From Candidatus Poribacteria bacterium (GTDB lineage: Bacteria > Poribacteria > WGA-4E > PCPOR2b), in NCBI GenBank assembly GCA_965208675.1, contig OZ242351.1, forward strand, positions 2,720,001 to 2,784,000: a stretch of DNA of 64,000 nt, read 5' to 3'. This document shows positions 51,630 through 60,520 of the stretch, piece by piece. The notes beneath the pieces were generated by a model. It saw nothing but the letters and a program-made list of their open reading frames with translations. It did not search any database and was not told the origin of the DNA. Numbering within the stretch: the first letter of the stretch is position 1; every line of letters begins with the position of its first letter. The position numbers and the translations under genes were made by a program.

Positions 51630-52439
51630 TTAACTTTTCATCCGATAGATGCGCCATTCCCCGTCTACTTTTCACATGCTAACGACTAGTCCAAAATTGC
51701 TGTATGCATCGGCCATCGGCACGGTCAATCGGAATTGGAATTCATCGCCGACATATTCACTACCCACGATTGTCGTCTGACGGAAAATTCGACGCCATTT
51801 CGCTAGGTTTTCCGGAGATCGAATTGAATCCATTGCTTTGTAAGCCGACTCAACTGCCTCGTCTATTTCAGTTTCGGACATACCATCGTCGATTGAAGTC
51901 AGGTAGTCATTCAGCATTTTTTCCGGCATCACCCCACCGAGAACACTCAAAAGGTTTTCAATAGGTTTCCTGGCATTCTCAGTAGTGAATGGGAGAACCG
52001 TCTCCAAATCGAAATCCCTAAACGCATCCACGAACTTATTCATCACTTGTTCAGCGGGATGCTCTAGATTTGCACCCGAGTCTTCGGAGAAGTGTTCAGC
52101 GCTATCCTGTATTATCTCTGCGTTTAGTGATGATTTCGGTTCATCCAACTCTGGTTGTTCAGCCATGTCTTCGAGTTGGGCGAAAAAGTCCTCAATTTGC
52201 TGCAGCTCTGCGGCAGAGATTCGCAGCGTGTCTTCTGGCAAAGCGCTATCGATTTCGGCATTTCGCGCCGTACGCGTTTGAGCGGCCGAATCTGAAAACT
52301 CCTTTGGCGATGATATTACAATCTCAACCTCTCGATCCGAATCCTCTTCAGCCGAAATGAACCAGAGTGTTATAATCGTGCCGACTAAAATGAGGGCTAC
52401 TGCACCGGCTACGGTTTTGTGAAGCGTTCCAAATTTCAT
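51630..52439 (-). pseudogene. Sigma-less TM-NTF2-like protein (anti-sigma-like module alone), in-frame TGA at 51672-51674
   Basis: Starts MKFGTLHKTVAGAVAL, homologous to internal MKVGTVPKITAGAVAI; frame continues M*KVDGEWRIY. Confidence 0.8.
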
Positions 52440-52492
52440 AATTTCTCCTGTATAGCGTTTTCGCGTGTGGGTATCGGAAACAGGAACCGTTT

Positions 52493-53230
52493 CTAGCTTT
52501 CTCTAACATTGTGCCGGTCTTTACATTCATCGCGCGGAAAACGCTCCAGCAGCAGGTCAGCGGGTGTGTAATGCCATGCGGCGCAGTAGCGCGTTCGATT
52601 GCTGCGATTATCGTGGCTGCCGTGCAGCAGGTTTGCTGAGAATATCACAACCGAACCTGCCGGCACTTCGACATCAACCGCTTTCGATTCATCGATTTGA
52701 ACCCAACTGCCATACGTGTTGGGGTTTCTGTGATGTTTTGCGATAACTTTCGATTTATGGCTATTGGGAACCACCCGCAAGCAGCCGTTTTCCCGGTCCG
52801 CGTCTTGAAGGTAAATCGCGCAGCTTACAACCCGCCCCGTGTTCGTCCCGAAGTAGAAGTTATCCTGATGCCAGAAGACAGATGTTCCGCCGCCGGGGAG
52901 TTTTGGGAAGAACTTTGTCCCAAACACGTCAATGTCCGGTCCGATTAGCGGCGCAACGCGGTCAAGGATTTCCGGTTCTTTAGCCAGGGCAACGATGCGC
53001 GGCTCAAGAACGCAGACGCCTTGAATTTTGTGCAAAAAGCCCGGAATCTGCTGACCGTTTTTGTCAATTTCGAATGACCAGTGCGGCGTATCGACAGGGA
53101 CATGTGCGCTTCGCTTAACCAATTCATCGAAGACCGCTACATAATGGGCAAGTTTCTCGCGGGAAATAAGCCTTTCAAAAACGACGTACCCTTCTTCATG
53201 AAACCGGATTTCCGCTTTCTCGCTTAACAT
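52493..53230 (-). CDS. Phytanoyl-CoA dioxygenase (PhyH) family 2OG-Fe(II) oxygenase
   Basis: WHQD, DADRENGCLRVVPNSH, LLHGS..N.S..R. Confidence 0.93.
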   Translation of the reverse strand: MLSEKAEIRFHEEGYVVFERLISREKLAHYVAVFDELVKRSAHVPVDTPHWSFEIDKNGQQIPGFLHKIQGVCVLEPRIVALAKEPEILDRVAPLIGPDIDVFGTKFFPKLPGGGTSVFWHQDNFYFGTNTGRVVSCAIYLQDADRENGCLRVVPNSHKSKVIAKHHRNPNTYGSWVQIDESKAVDVEVPAGSVVIFSANLLHGSHDNRSNRTRYCAAWHYTPADLLLERFPRDECKDRHNVRES

Positions 53231-53292
53231 CGTAATGACTCATTTCTGCTGCATTTAGACCAAAATCTTATTCCGCCCGCGGCCCCATTCCG

Positions 53293-54090
53293 CTACAATC
53301 CCTTTAGCAATTCCACAAATCGCTTCCAGGCTTTTTCAACCGTTGCCTTTTCGGCATTACTCGCATCATCAGCCATCCCGTGTCTGAGGAATCCGTGGCC
53401 AACGCCGGAATAAATTACCGGTTCATAGCTCACGCCTGCTGCGTCAGCGGCGGCTTTGGTGCGTTCAATTGTGGCATTAACTCGATTATCGTTCTCGCCA
53501 TAAAATCCGTAGACAGGGCATTTAATATCACGGATGGCTTCGCCGCTTGGCGGAGGACCATAGAAGACAAACGCCCCGGCAATTGTGTCGTCGTTCGCCG
53601 CGAACCGAAATGTCTGTCCGCCGCCCCAGCAGAACCCACTCACAGCAACCTTGTCCGTTGTTGAGGGCAGGTCTCGAAGGTATTTCGCTGTCGCTTTCAA
53701 ATCGGCTGTAATTTGACCGGCGTCGAGATTCCGAATGGCTCTGCGAACATCGTCGCCGGACTCGAAACTCTCTGTGCCGCCGCCGTCCATACCTGAAAGC
53801 ATGTCGGGGCAGATGGCTACAAAACCTGCTTCAGCGAGTCTGTCGCCGACGAGCCTTACCCAATCGGTCAGTCCGAAAATCTCGTGGATGACAATCACCG
53901 AAGTCGCCTGCTCTTTAATCTCAGGAAAAACAATAAAGGCATTCACGCTCCGCCCTTTAGTCGACGGGATTTTCACCCATTCGCCGTGCCGCGGCGAATT
54001 TTCAAGCTGCTCCTTCGCACTCGCAGCCGCTGCATCGGATCCGAGTATCAAAGCGAGGCAAATTGTACATATGAAGTTCGGTACTTTCAT
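53293..54090 (-). CDS. Secreted dienelactone hydrolase family protein
   Basis: HEIFGL, GFCWGG nucleophile elbow, GHGF. Confidence 0.93.
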   Translation of the reverse strand: MKVPNFICTICLALILGSDAAAASAKEQLENSPRHGEWVKIPSTKGRSVNAFIVFPEIKEQATSVIVIHEIFGLTDWVRLVGDRLAEAGFVAICPDMLSGMDGGGTESFESGDDVRRAIRNLDAGQITADLKATAKYLRDLPSTTDKVAVSGFCWGGGQTFRFAANDDTIAGAFVFYGPPPSGEAIRDIKCPVYGFYGENDNRVNATIERTKAAADAAGVSYEPVIYSGVGHGFLRHGMADDASNAEKATVEKAWKRFVELLKGL

Positions 54091-54275
54091 AATTCTGTTC
54101 TCCCTACTGTGAATGGTTCGATTTACGTGCCGGCAGGCGGTTCAGACCGCGTGCGTTTTCGTTCGATTTTAGGGACTACCCGATTAAAGAATTTTTAGGA
54201 TAGCAGATTCTCCGATGAGGTGATACCCAAAGTGAAGAATTAGCTAGTTTAATACCCGTGCAGGAGGTTTTTCCT

Positions 54276-55949
54276 CTAAAAACGGTAAAACCACGTTGTA
54301 GCGAATTCGATTCCGCGTCCGGATTCAAGGGGTTTGAAAAAGTTCATTCTGGAAATAGGGCTGTCCTCCGAGAACTGTAAACCGATACCGACATCTGTCT
54401 TTGGATCAAAGCGGTACGGTTTATCAGATATACTCCAAACTTGCCCTTCATTAAGGGACAACACGATGAACCACTCATTCAGAAACCCCCAATGGTACAG
54501 ATTTGAGAGACGGTATAAATATTCTATATTGAGCAGGGCGCCGTGATCTCCTGAAAATGCGTAGAGTGGATATCCGTTCAAGAGACCAGGCCCCCCAATA
54601 AAGAATTGGCGTTGAATCGGCAGTTCATCCGTAGCAAAGCCCAACATCAGCCGCGTTTGGACAATGTTATTTCCTTTCCCTACTGCATATCGCAGGTGCA
54701 ACTGAAACCGCGTAAAATCAAAATCGGAATCAACGGCAGGACTGCTGTGCTCGACGAGAAGGGTATTGTGCCAACCGAGGTTTTTGTTTTTCCTAGTGTT
54801 CAGGTCGTACGTAAATTCGACACTCCGCAGCCGCCCGGGGTCTATCCGTGGATTTTCTCTCGCTTTTGGAACTGAATCCCAATTGTAAAGATGCCAATCC
54901 GTAGATTTACGCAGGCTTTCGTGTGATTCGGCGCGCATCGTGAATTTGAGCGAATGCGTGAACTCCCGCGGTTCCCATCGAATCGACATCTCAACCCCTT
55001 CTCTTAAATAGTAGTTATGTAGCTGAGTCAGCCCCAGAACGCTACACCAGACGTACCATCCATCCTCGTAGGACGGGAAAAGATCCGGAGAGACGACAGC
55101 GGTGGTGCGATGGATTTGAGCCGTGACGCCCAAATTCCAGATGTTGGGTTGCCCCTGGATAGCTTCTCCACCCACTCTGTAATTGAGATACTTATTTCCA
55201 AATCCGTAGCCAATCTCTCCAAATAATTTTGGCAGATGCGCTCTAGCCGAGCTAGGGATGTCCCACATCCAGAGCGGTCCCATCTGCCACCGTTTTCCCA
55301 GTTCGAGGCGAGTAGCCAGCAACCATCCGGTGACACGATTAAACCGAATGAGCGGAACTGGACCGAGATAATAGTTTGAAGAGAGCGCTTTTTCGGCGAC
55401 GGTAATTATCGCAACGAGCTTTGTGCCGTCATTCGTATACTCTAAGGTGACCCGACTAAAATAGGGTAAGAAATCCTTTAAGGTGTCAACTGCTTTGTTG
55501 AGGTCTTCAGGTCCGTATTCAAGGCCGCCTCGAATCTCCGCCTCGGAAACTTTCTGATTTCCTCGAATCCGAATTTCATGAATTGGGTGTCCCGCGGCAG
55601 TCCGAAACCGCGTCGTTGGTGGAGTTGGCGAACTCTGCCTATCCGGCTGCGTTACAACGATAATTGTTGCTACACGCCTCGAACCGTCATGCTTAATTTC
55701 CAAGATGGCCCTATTCAAATCGGGCAAAGGCAAGGTTGTAATCGCTTTTGTGATATCCTCAGGTGCGTTTTCAAGGGCGCTTCGAATTTGTGCTTCGCTG
55801 ATTTGCTGATTTCCTTGAATCCGGACTTCATGAATCGGTTCGCCTTCGGCAGTCCGAAACCGCGTGGAATCGTTTTGCGGATGTGCGCTCGCCGCAACAC
55901 CAATCTCTACCGTCAAAAATGAAATGACGAGGAGCATTACGCGGTTCAT
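54276..55949 (-). CDS. Omp85/BamA-TamA-like outer-membrane protein with two POTRA-like repeats
   Basis: Two 'IHE.RI.GNQ..SEA.IR' units; FFIGGPGLLNGY (variant of VRGY loop); C-terminal Phe. Confidence 0.75.
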   Translation of the reverse strand: MNRVMLLVISFLTVEIGVAASAHPQNDSTRFRTAEGEPIHEVRIQGNQQISEAQIRSALENAPEDITKAITTLPLPDLNRAILEIKHDGSRRVATIIVVTQPDRQSSPTPPTTRFRTAAGHPIHEIRIRGNQKVSEAEIRGGLEYGPEDLNKAVDTLKDFLPYFSRVTLEYTNDGTKLVAIITVAEKALSSNYYLGPVPLIRFNRVTGWLLATRLELGKRWQMGPLWMWDIPSSARAHLPKLFGEIGYGFGNKYLNYRVGGEAIQGQPNIWNLGVTAQIHRTTAVVSPDLFPSYEDGWYVWCSVLGLTQLHNYYLREGVEMSIRWEPREFTHSLKFTMRAESHESLRKSTDWHLYNWDSVPKARENPRIDPGRLRSVEFTYDLNTRKNKNLGWHNTLLVEHSSPAVDSDFDFTRFQLHLRYAVGKGNNIVQTRLMLGFATDELPIQRQFFIGGPGLLNGYPLYAFSGDHGALLNIEYLYRLSNLYHWGFLNEWFIVLSLNEGQVWSISDKPYRFDPKTDVGIGLQFSEDSPISRMNFFKPLESGRGIEFATTWFYRF

Positions 55950-56060
55950 CTGGCACCTCCTTTAGGTACAATCCGTATGCTTCCCGTTGTGAAATCGGAA
56001 CTTCGGCCATATTCAACTACAAAATCCAGATAAATTTCTTGCCACTTTTATCGGGTGATA

Positions 56061-56170
56061 AACAGTCTGAATCAGGATTTACTGGATCAAAGGATTCTCA
56101 GAATAGCAGATTTTTAGCGGTATGAAAAGAAAAAAGGCGAATGGATTGAACCATTCGCCTTGTGTAGTTT
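56061..56170. repeat. Array spacer copy G
   Basis: Matches copy A. Confidence 0.88.
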
Positions 56171-56194
56171 TTGGACTAGGAATTCAGGTTAGTG

Positions 56195-56320
56195 ATGGTA
56201 CACCTCATCTTCAATTTCATGAATGTGCCATGTTCCACCGACGCTGGCACACCAAACGTTCTCCAGCGGAAGTGCAATTCATCGCCGACATGCACACTGC
56301 TCAAAATCCCGACCCAATAA
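56195..56320 (-). pseudogene. Degraded remnant of the array C-terminal domain
   Basis: Minus strand reads ILSSVHVGDELHFRW and, shifted, GGTWHIHE; sits just upstream of the spacer G terminator. Confidence 0.65.
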
Positions 56321-56658
56321 GGCTCTGTAGATATTTCACCTAACTAGACGACCGAATTAACGAAACCGAGAAACCCAAGATGGCATTCGGCAAGGCACTC
56401 AGACCAAGAAAAGATTCGCCGATAGTGCTTGGTTATGTTTTTAAACTATCCATTAGAGTCTTTCATGACAAAGACAGGCATTATAGCATTTAAGTGACGG
56501 CTTTTGGCACGCGGGAAACAACCGGCATTGCACCCCAGTAGGTTAAACTATACGAATGAATCATGTTCATTGGTGAAACCCTGAACTAACGACCCAACAC
56601 AGATGATTCGTGGCGCTGTCCCGCGCTTAGCGTGTAGCGTAATGGATTGCTCAAACCA

Positions 56659-57042
56659 TCAGCCGTGATACGGTATTGTGAGATTCTGATTCAGTTGTTT
56701 TCGATTGTTCTCTGATTTCCAAGAGGGAGAAGGTGCCGACAAAGAATTAAAATTATTAGTTGCTGAATTCCTCTCGCTAACCTCAGCTTTGTACGATTTT
56801 ATTAGATTGACTGTTGCCCACACAAACAACGCGATCGCAACCACCACAAACACAAACATAACCGGTCTTAGTTTTTCACTCCATGGTGTCCGTTTTCCCC
56901 AAGCCGCCGCTGCCGCGGAAAAGAGAAGCAACCCCGTCATGAATAACGTCTCTGTAGTAACACCCGTAACCGTGATTTGAATTAGTATAATAATCAATCC
57001 TATTACGAGGGTAACCAAGGCAATTCGTTTTTTGCGATTCAT
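56659..57042 (-). CDS. Small three-TM membrane protein
   Basis: Three hydrophobic helices after MNRKKRIAL. Confidence 0.6.
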   Translation of the reverse strand: MNRKKRIALVTLVIGLIIILIQITVTGVTTETLFMTGLLLFSAAAAAWGKRTPWSEKLRPVMFVFVVVAIALFVWATVNLIKSYKAEVSERNSATNNFNSLSAPSPSWKSENNRKQLNQNLTIPYHG

Positions 57043-57762
57043 AAAAACCCTTCCATAAATGAGCATATAGTCATGGCACAATTATAACGGCAGTTTCCAT
57101 TGTTATGCCGTTTAGCAATCGGTGTTTTTTCTTAGCCTCTCGAATTTGCTGTGAGATGGAACATTCCTCCACTCGTTGAAACACCTCATAATGATCATGT
57201 TTAACGAACTCGTAACCTTTTTGCAAGTCACGCTGCAGACGCACGCGCATTCATCATTCGAATACAAGATGTCCTCGTTCTTCAAACATATCGGCGAGGT
57301 GAATCCCTATAGAAACTGAAAATTTGCCATCTTCAGTTGTGTGTATAGCCATGAATTTATCAATGTCGCTACCTTCAACTGACGCAAGAGTGCCTAATCA
57401 TAGGGCAATCCGGAGATTCTCCTTATGTATCTCAAGGGCATTTAGGTGAGTTTTACGTGTTTGCCTGAAAGATTCACAAGCATGATCGATTCTCCTTATC
57501 AAGTGTACGTGATGCTGCTAGACATTGGTTTCTTTTACAGAAAGCTGTGTCACTATGGCATTCGGCGAGTCAAACTGAGCAAAGAACCAGTTTGTCACAT
57601 CTTCGACCGTTTTACACAAGCGTAACAATTCCGCCTCAGTGTCGTAACAATACACGGATTTTTACGGACGTAATCTGTGGTGTAAGCAACGGAACTGGAG
57701 CAAGGTGTTCCTTGATGAGAACTCATGGGGCGGGTTGCGAGTTATTGTGAAACTTCTCTCTA

Positions 57763-59196
57763 CTATTCATAAATCTGCCATGTACCGTTCTCTTTTCGCA
57801 TCTTATGAAGAAAGTCGGGCATTTCCGGCATCTCAGGCATCTGAAATGTCTCGGGAATCTCTGAAATGTCCTGCCCAAACCTTCCTAGCATCTCTGACAT
57901 TTCCGGCAACTGGCTCCTTAATCGAAAGTGGAATTCCTCGCCGACAAACTCACTGCTCACAATCTCTGCTTGACTAAACATCTGTTTAAGGATTGGTTGC
58001 ATCATTCCTTGTATCATCTGAAGTGTCTCATCTGCCTCGTCTTCTGGCAAACCACTATCATAAAAAATTTCCTCAATCTCTTGTGGTAACCCTCCTAAAG
58101 GCAAACTACTTTCAAACTCTTCTTTGGCTGCACCTGTCAGAAATGAGAGCATCGCGCCAGCGTCAAAATTCCGGAACGCCTTCAGATAAGCGTTCATTAC
58201 ATCTTCAGCGGATTGAGTGGTGTCTTCTGGCGTCGCCCATGAGTCGGTGGCATCGCCCGCATCGGCGTTCTTATCTAAGGCTTCGTCCGTTACTTGTTGC
58301 GACGTATCCGTCGCCGAATGCGAGTCTGCCTCGTCAAGTTGAGCGAAGAAGTCCTCAATCTGCTGCATCTCTTCTGCGGAGATTCGCGGTTTATCTTCAC
58401 GCGGGGGTGCGGTGACTGCATTACTTCGTATGGCATCCGTTTGGATGGCCGGTTGCGCGGACTCTGTTGAAGTCACAATCTCAACCGACGAGGACGTATC
58501 CTCTTCTGACGAAATGAACTGGCGCGTCCCGATGTAGGCTAGTATGACGACGGCTACTACCCCCGCGGTGATTTTGGGTATTGTTCCAACTTTCATGACC
58601 GTTAATCCTCCTGAATAGATTTTTTTGAGTGTCGACGCGGGAATAGCGAACACCCCAGTGAGCAGATGACCCAACCGCTTGGAGAGTTTCTGTTTGGCAC
58701 GCGAAAGCCGTACCGAAACCGCTTTGTACGACAACCCATGCGTCCTCGTCAACTCGTCGTAGCTTGCGCCTTCAATATAGTACGACCGGGCAATCTCCCG
58801 CTCACCTGGCGAAAGCGTCTCTATCGCACGGCGAATGAGTTCGCTCTGTTCACGGTGTATCAACTCGTCGTCCGGTGCATCCGAGGGCGATAGTGTGTGC
58901 TCCCCCACCTCATTGATGGACACGGTATCAATCCGCTGTTCTCGCTGCCAGTTGAGCGCACGATTTCGCGCAATTTTTGCCAGCCAGTTTTTAAACTTTT
59001 TCGCATCCTCGAGGTCTGGCAGGCCGCGATAAGCGTTGAGAAAAGAATCTTGCACGACCTCTTCGGCGTCTTGGGGATTTTTCACGATTCCGATAACAAT
59101 CGCATAGACATAACCATAATGCACCCGCAATAGATCGACGAATGCACCTTCGTCCCCGGATTGTGCGCGAGCAATTGTGTCCTCGTTAATAATCAC
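57763..59196 (-). CDS. ECF sigma factor-TM-NTF2-like fusion (copy 5)
   Basis: Same architecture; upstream promoter AGTAGAA-N15-TGTC. Confidence 0.93.
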   Translation of the reverse strand: MIINEDTIARAQSGDEGAFVDLLRVHYGYVYAIVIGIVKNPQDAEEVVQDSFLNAYRGLPDLEDAKKFKNWLAKIARNRALNWQREQRIDTVSINEVGEHTLSPSDAPDDELIHREQSELIRRAIETLSPGEREIARSYYIEGASYDELTRTHGLSYKAVSVRLSRAKQKLSKRLGHLLTGVFAIPASTLKKIYSGGLTVMKVGTIPKITAGVVAVVILAYIGTRQFISSEEDTSSSVEIVTSTESAQPAIQTDAIRSNAVTAPPREDKPRISAEEMQQIEDFFAQLDEADSHSATDTSQQVTDEALDKNADAGDATDSWATPEDTTQSAEDVMNAYLKAFRNFDAGAMLSFLTGAAKEEFESSLPLGGLPQEIEEIFYDSGLPEDEADETLQMIQGMMQPILKQMFSQAEIVSSEFVGEEFHFRLRSQLPEMSEMLGRFGQDISEIPETFQMPEMPEMPDFLHKMRKENGTWQIYE

Positions 59197-59444
59197 TGTG
59201 AGTTGTTCCTCTCTTTAACCTAATAAAGACACGGTTTTACGACTTTTTCTACTTCTTTTTTGCTTTCGTTCTCCTGTTGTTGCTATTTCCTTTCAAAACT
59301 GGGGGACGAACCATGCTGCGATTAGTGATTGCGGAACCAACTGACGCCGTGCTAAAATTGAAATTTGATTCCCTAATTCTTTCGCCGCTAGATGCCACCA
59401 TCGCGCATCATCCGACATAATACTCCGCTTGTCAGTTTGACACT

Positions 59445-60491
59445 ATGAACATTCGGCATAGCGTCACAAACCTTCAGCTTGTCCATCCATTCAAAATCTC
59501 AAGGCGGGATGCCGATCAATATCGACAGGTTATCTACGTCGAGATTGATGGCGGTATTGGCGAAGCTGCGCCGGCTCGGTTCTACGGCGAAACTGTCGCG
59601 ACGGTTCAGGGTGCTCTAGAAATTTTCGATTCGAATCTAGATGAGAATCTAGATGAGAATCTAGATGCCATTCAAGCCGTGATGGATAGGTTGGAATGTA
59701 CGCTACCAGGGAATTACGCGGCGAAGTGCGCAGTTGATATGGCGTTGCATGATCGGCTCGGCAAGCGGTTAGGCGTGCCGCTTTACCGGTTGTGGGGACT
59801 CAATCCCAATAAAACCCCGCGCACCGCATTCACAATTGGGTTGGACGAACCGGAGATTATGGGTCGTAAAGCGCGCGAGGCGCGAGATTACCCAATCCTA
59901 AAGGTTAAACTCGGCACGCCTCACGACCTCCAGATAATCCGCGCAATCCGCCGTACAACGGATAAACCGATTTATGTCGATGCAAACACATCGTGGACGC
60001 CCAAAGAGGCGGTACGTAAAATCGAAGACCTAGTCCCTTACAGGATTGAACTCATCGAGCAGCCAACGAGCGCTGACGATTTGGAGGGGCTAAGATATAT
60101 CAAAGAACACGTGGATGTCCCCATTATCGCCGATGAAAGTGTCAAACGCGCCGTGGATATCCCCCCGCTTCTGGGTTGTGTTGACGGAATAAACATTAAG
60201 TTGACCAAATGCGGCGGCCTCCTCGAAGCCGTGCGGATGATTCACGCCGCGCGCACCCACGGTCTACAGGTCATGATCGGCTGCATGATAGAAAGTTCGC
60301 TTGGCATCACGGCGGCTGCCCACCTCACGCCGTTTGTGGATTACGCCGATCTTGATGGGCATCTTCTCATTGTTAACGATCCGCATGTCGGCGTTACGCT
60401 TGAGGCGGGGAAAATCATCCTCCCCGATCGGCCCGGGATTGGCGTTGTCCCCCGTGAATGCCGCCGCACGCCGCCATCAGATACGCTTTGA
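59445..60491 (+). CDS. Dipeptide epimerase (L-Ala-D/L-Glu epimerase, enolase superfamily)
   Basis: PFKIS, KVK, VDAN, EQP, ADES, NIKLTK, GCMIES, DLDG. Confidence 0.93.
   Translation: MNIRHSVTNLQLVHPFKISRRDADQYRQVIYVEIDGGIGEAAPARFYGETVATVQGALEIFDSNLDENLDENLDAIQAVMDRLECTLPGNYAAKCAVDMALHDRLGKRLGVPLYRLWGLNPNKTPRTAFTIGLDEPEIMGRKAREARDYPILKVKLGTPHDLQIIRAIRRTTDKPIYVDANTSWTPKEAVRKIEDLVPYRIELIEQPTSADDLEGLRYIKEHVDVPIIADESVKRAVDIPPLLGCVDGINIKLTKCGGLLEAVRMIHAARTHGLQVMIGCMIESSLGITAAAHLTPFVDYADLDGHLLIVNDPHVGVTLEAGKIILPDRPGIGVVPRECRRTPPSDTL
59633..59667 (+). repeat. In-frame 12-bp tandem repeat (GAATCTAGATGA x about 3)
   Basis: Encodes NLDENLDENLD. Confidence 0.85.
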
Positions 60492-60520
60492 AGCCGTGCG
60501 AGATGGTTCGGCATCGCAAT

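Noticed and set aside
41949-51674. Genetic-code reassignment of stop codons
   Set aside because: The stops are of mixed type (TAG, TAG, TGA). At least two are one substitution from the paralog codon. TAG and TGA end normal genes elsewhere in the window.
36790-56170. Spacer repeats as a CRISPR array or integron attC sites
   Set aside because: Units are separated by whole genes. There is no cas or intI gene and no RYYYAAC/GTTRRRY box structure. The hairpin plus T-tract fits an intrinsic terminator.
57070-57540. Protein-like minus-strand frame with several stops
   Set aside because: Probably a pseudogene, but no family could be recognised.
35226-59196. Diversity-generating retroelement driving CTD variation
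   Set aside because: No reverse transcriptase is present, and the variation is indel-rich rather than adenine-specific.
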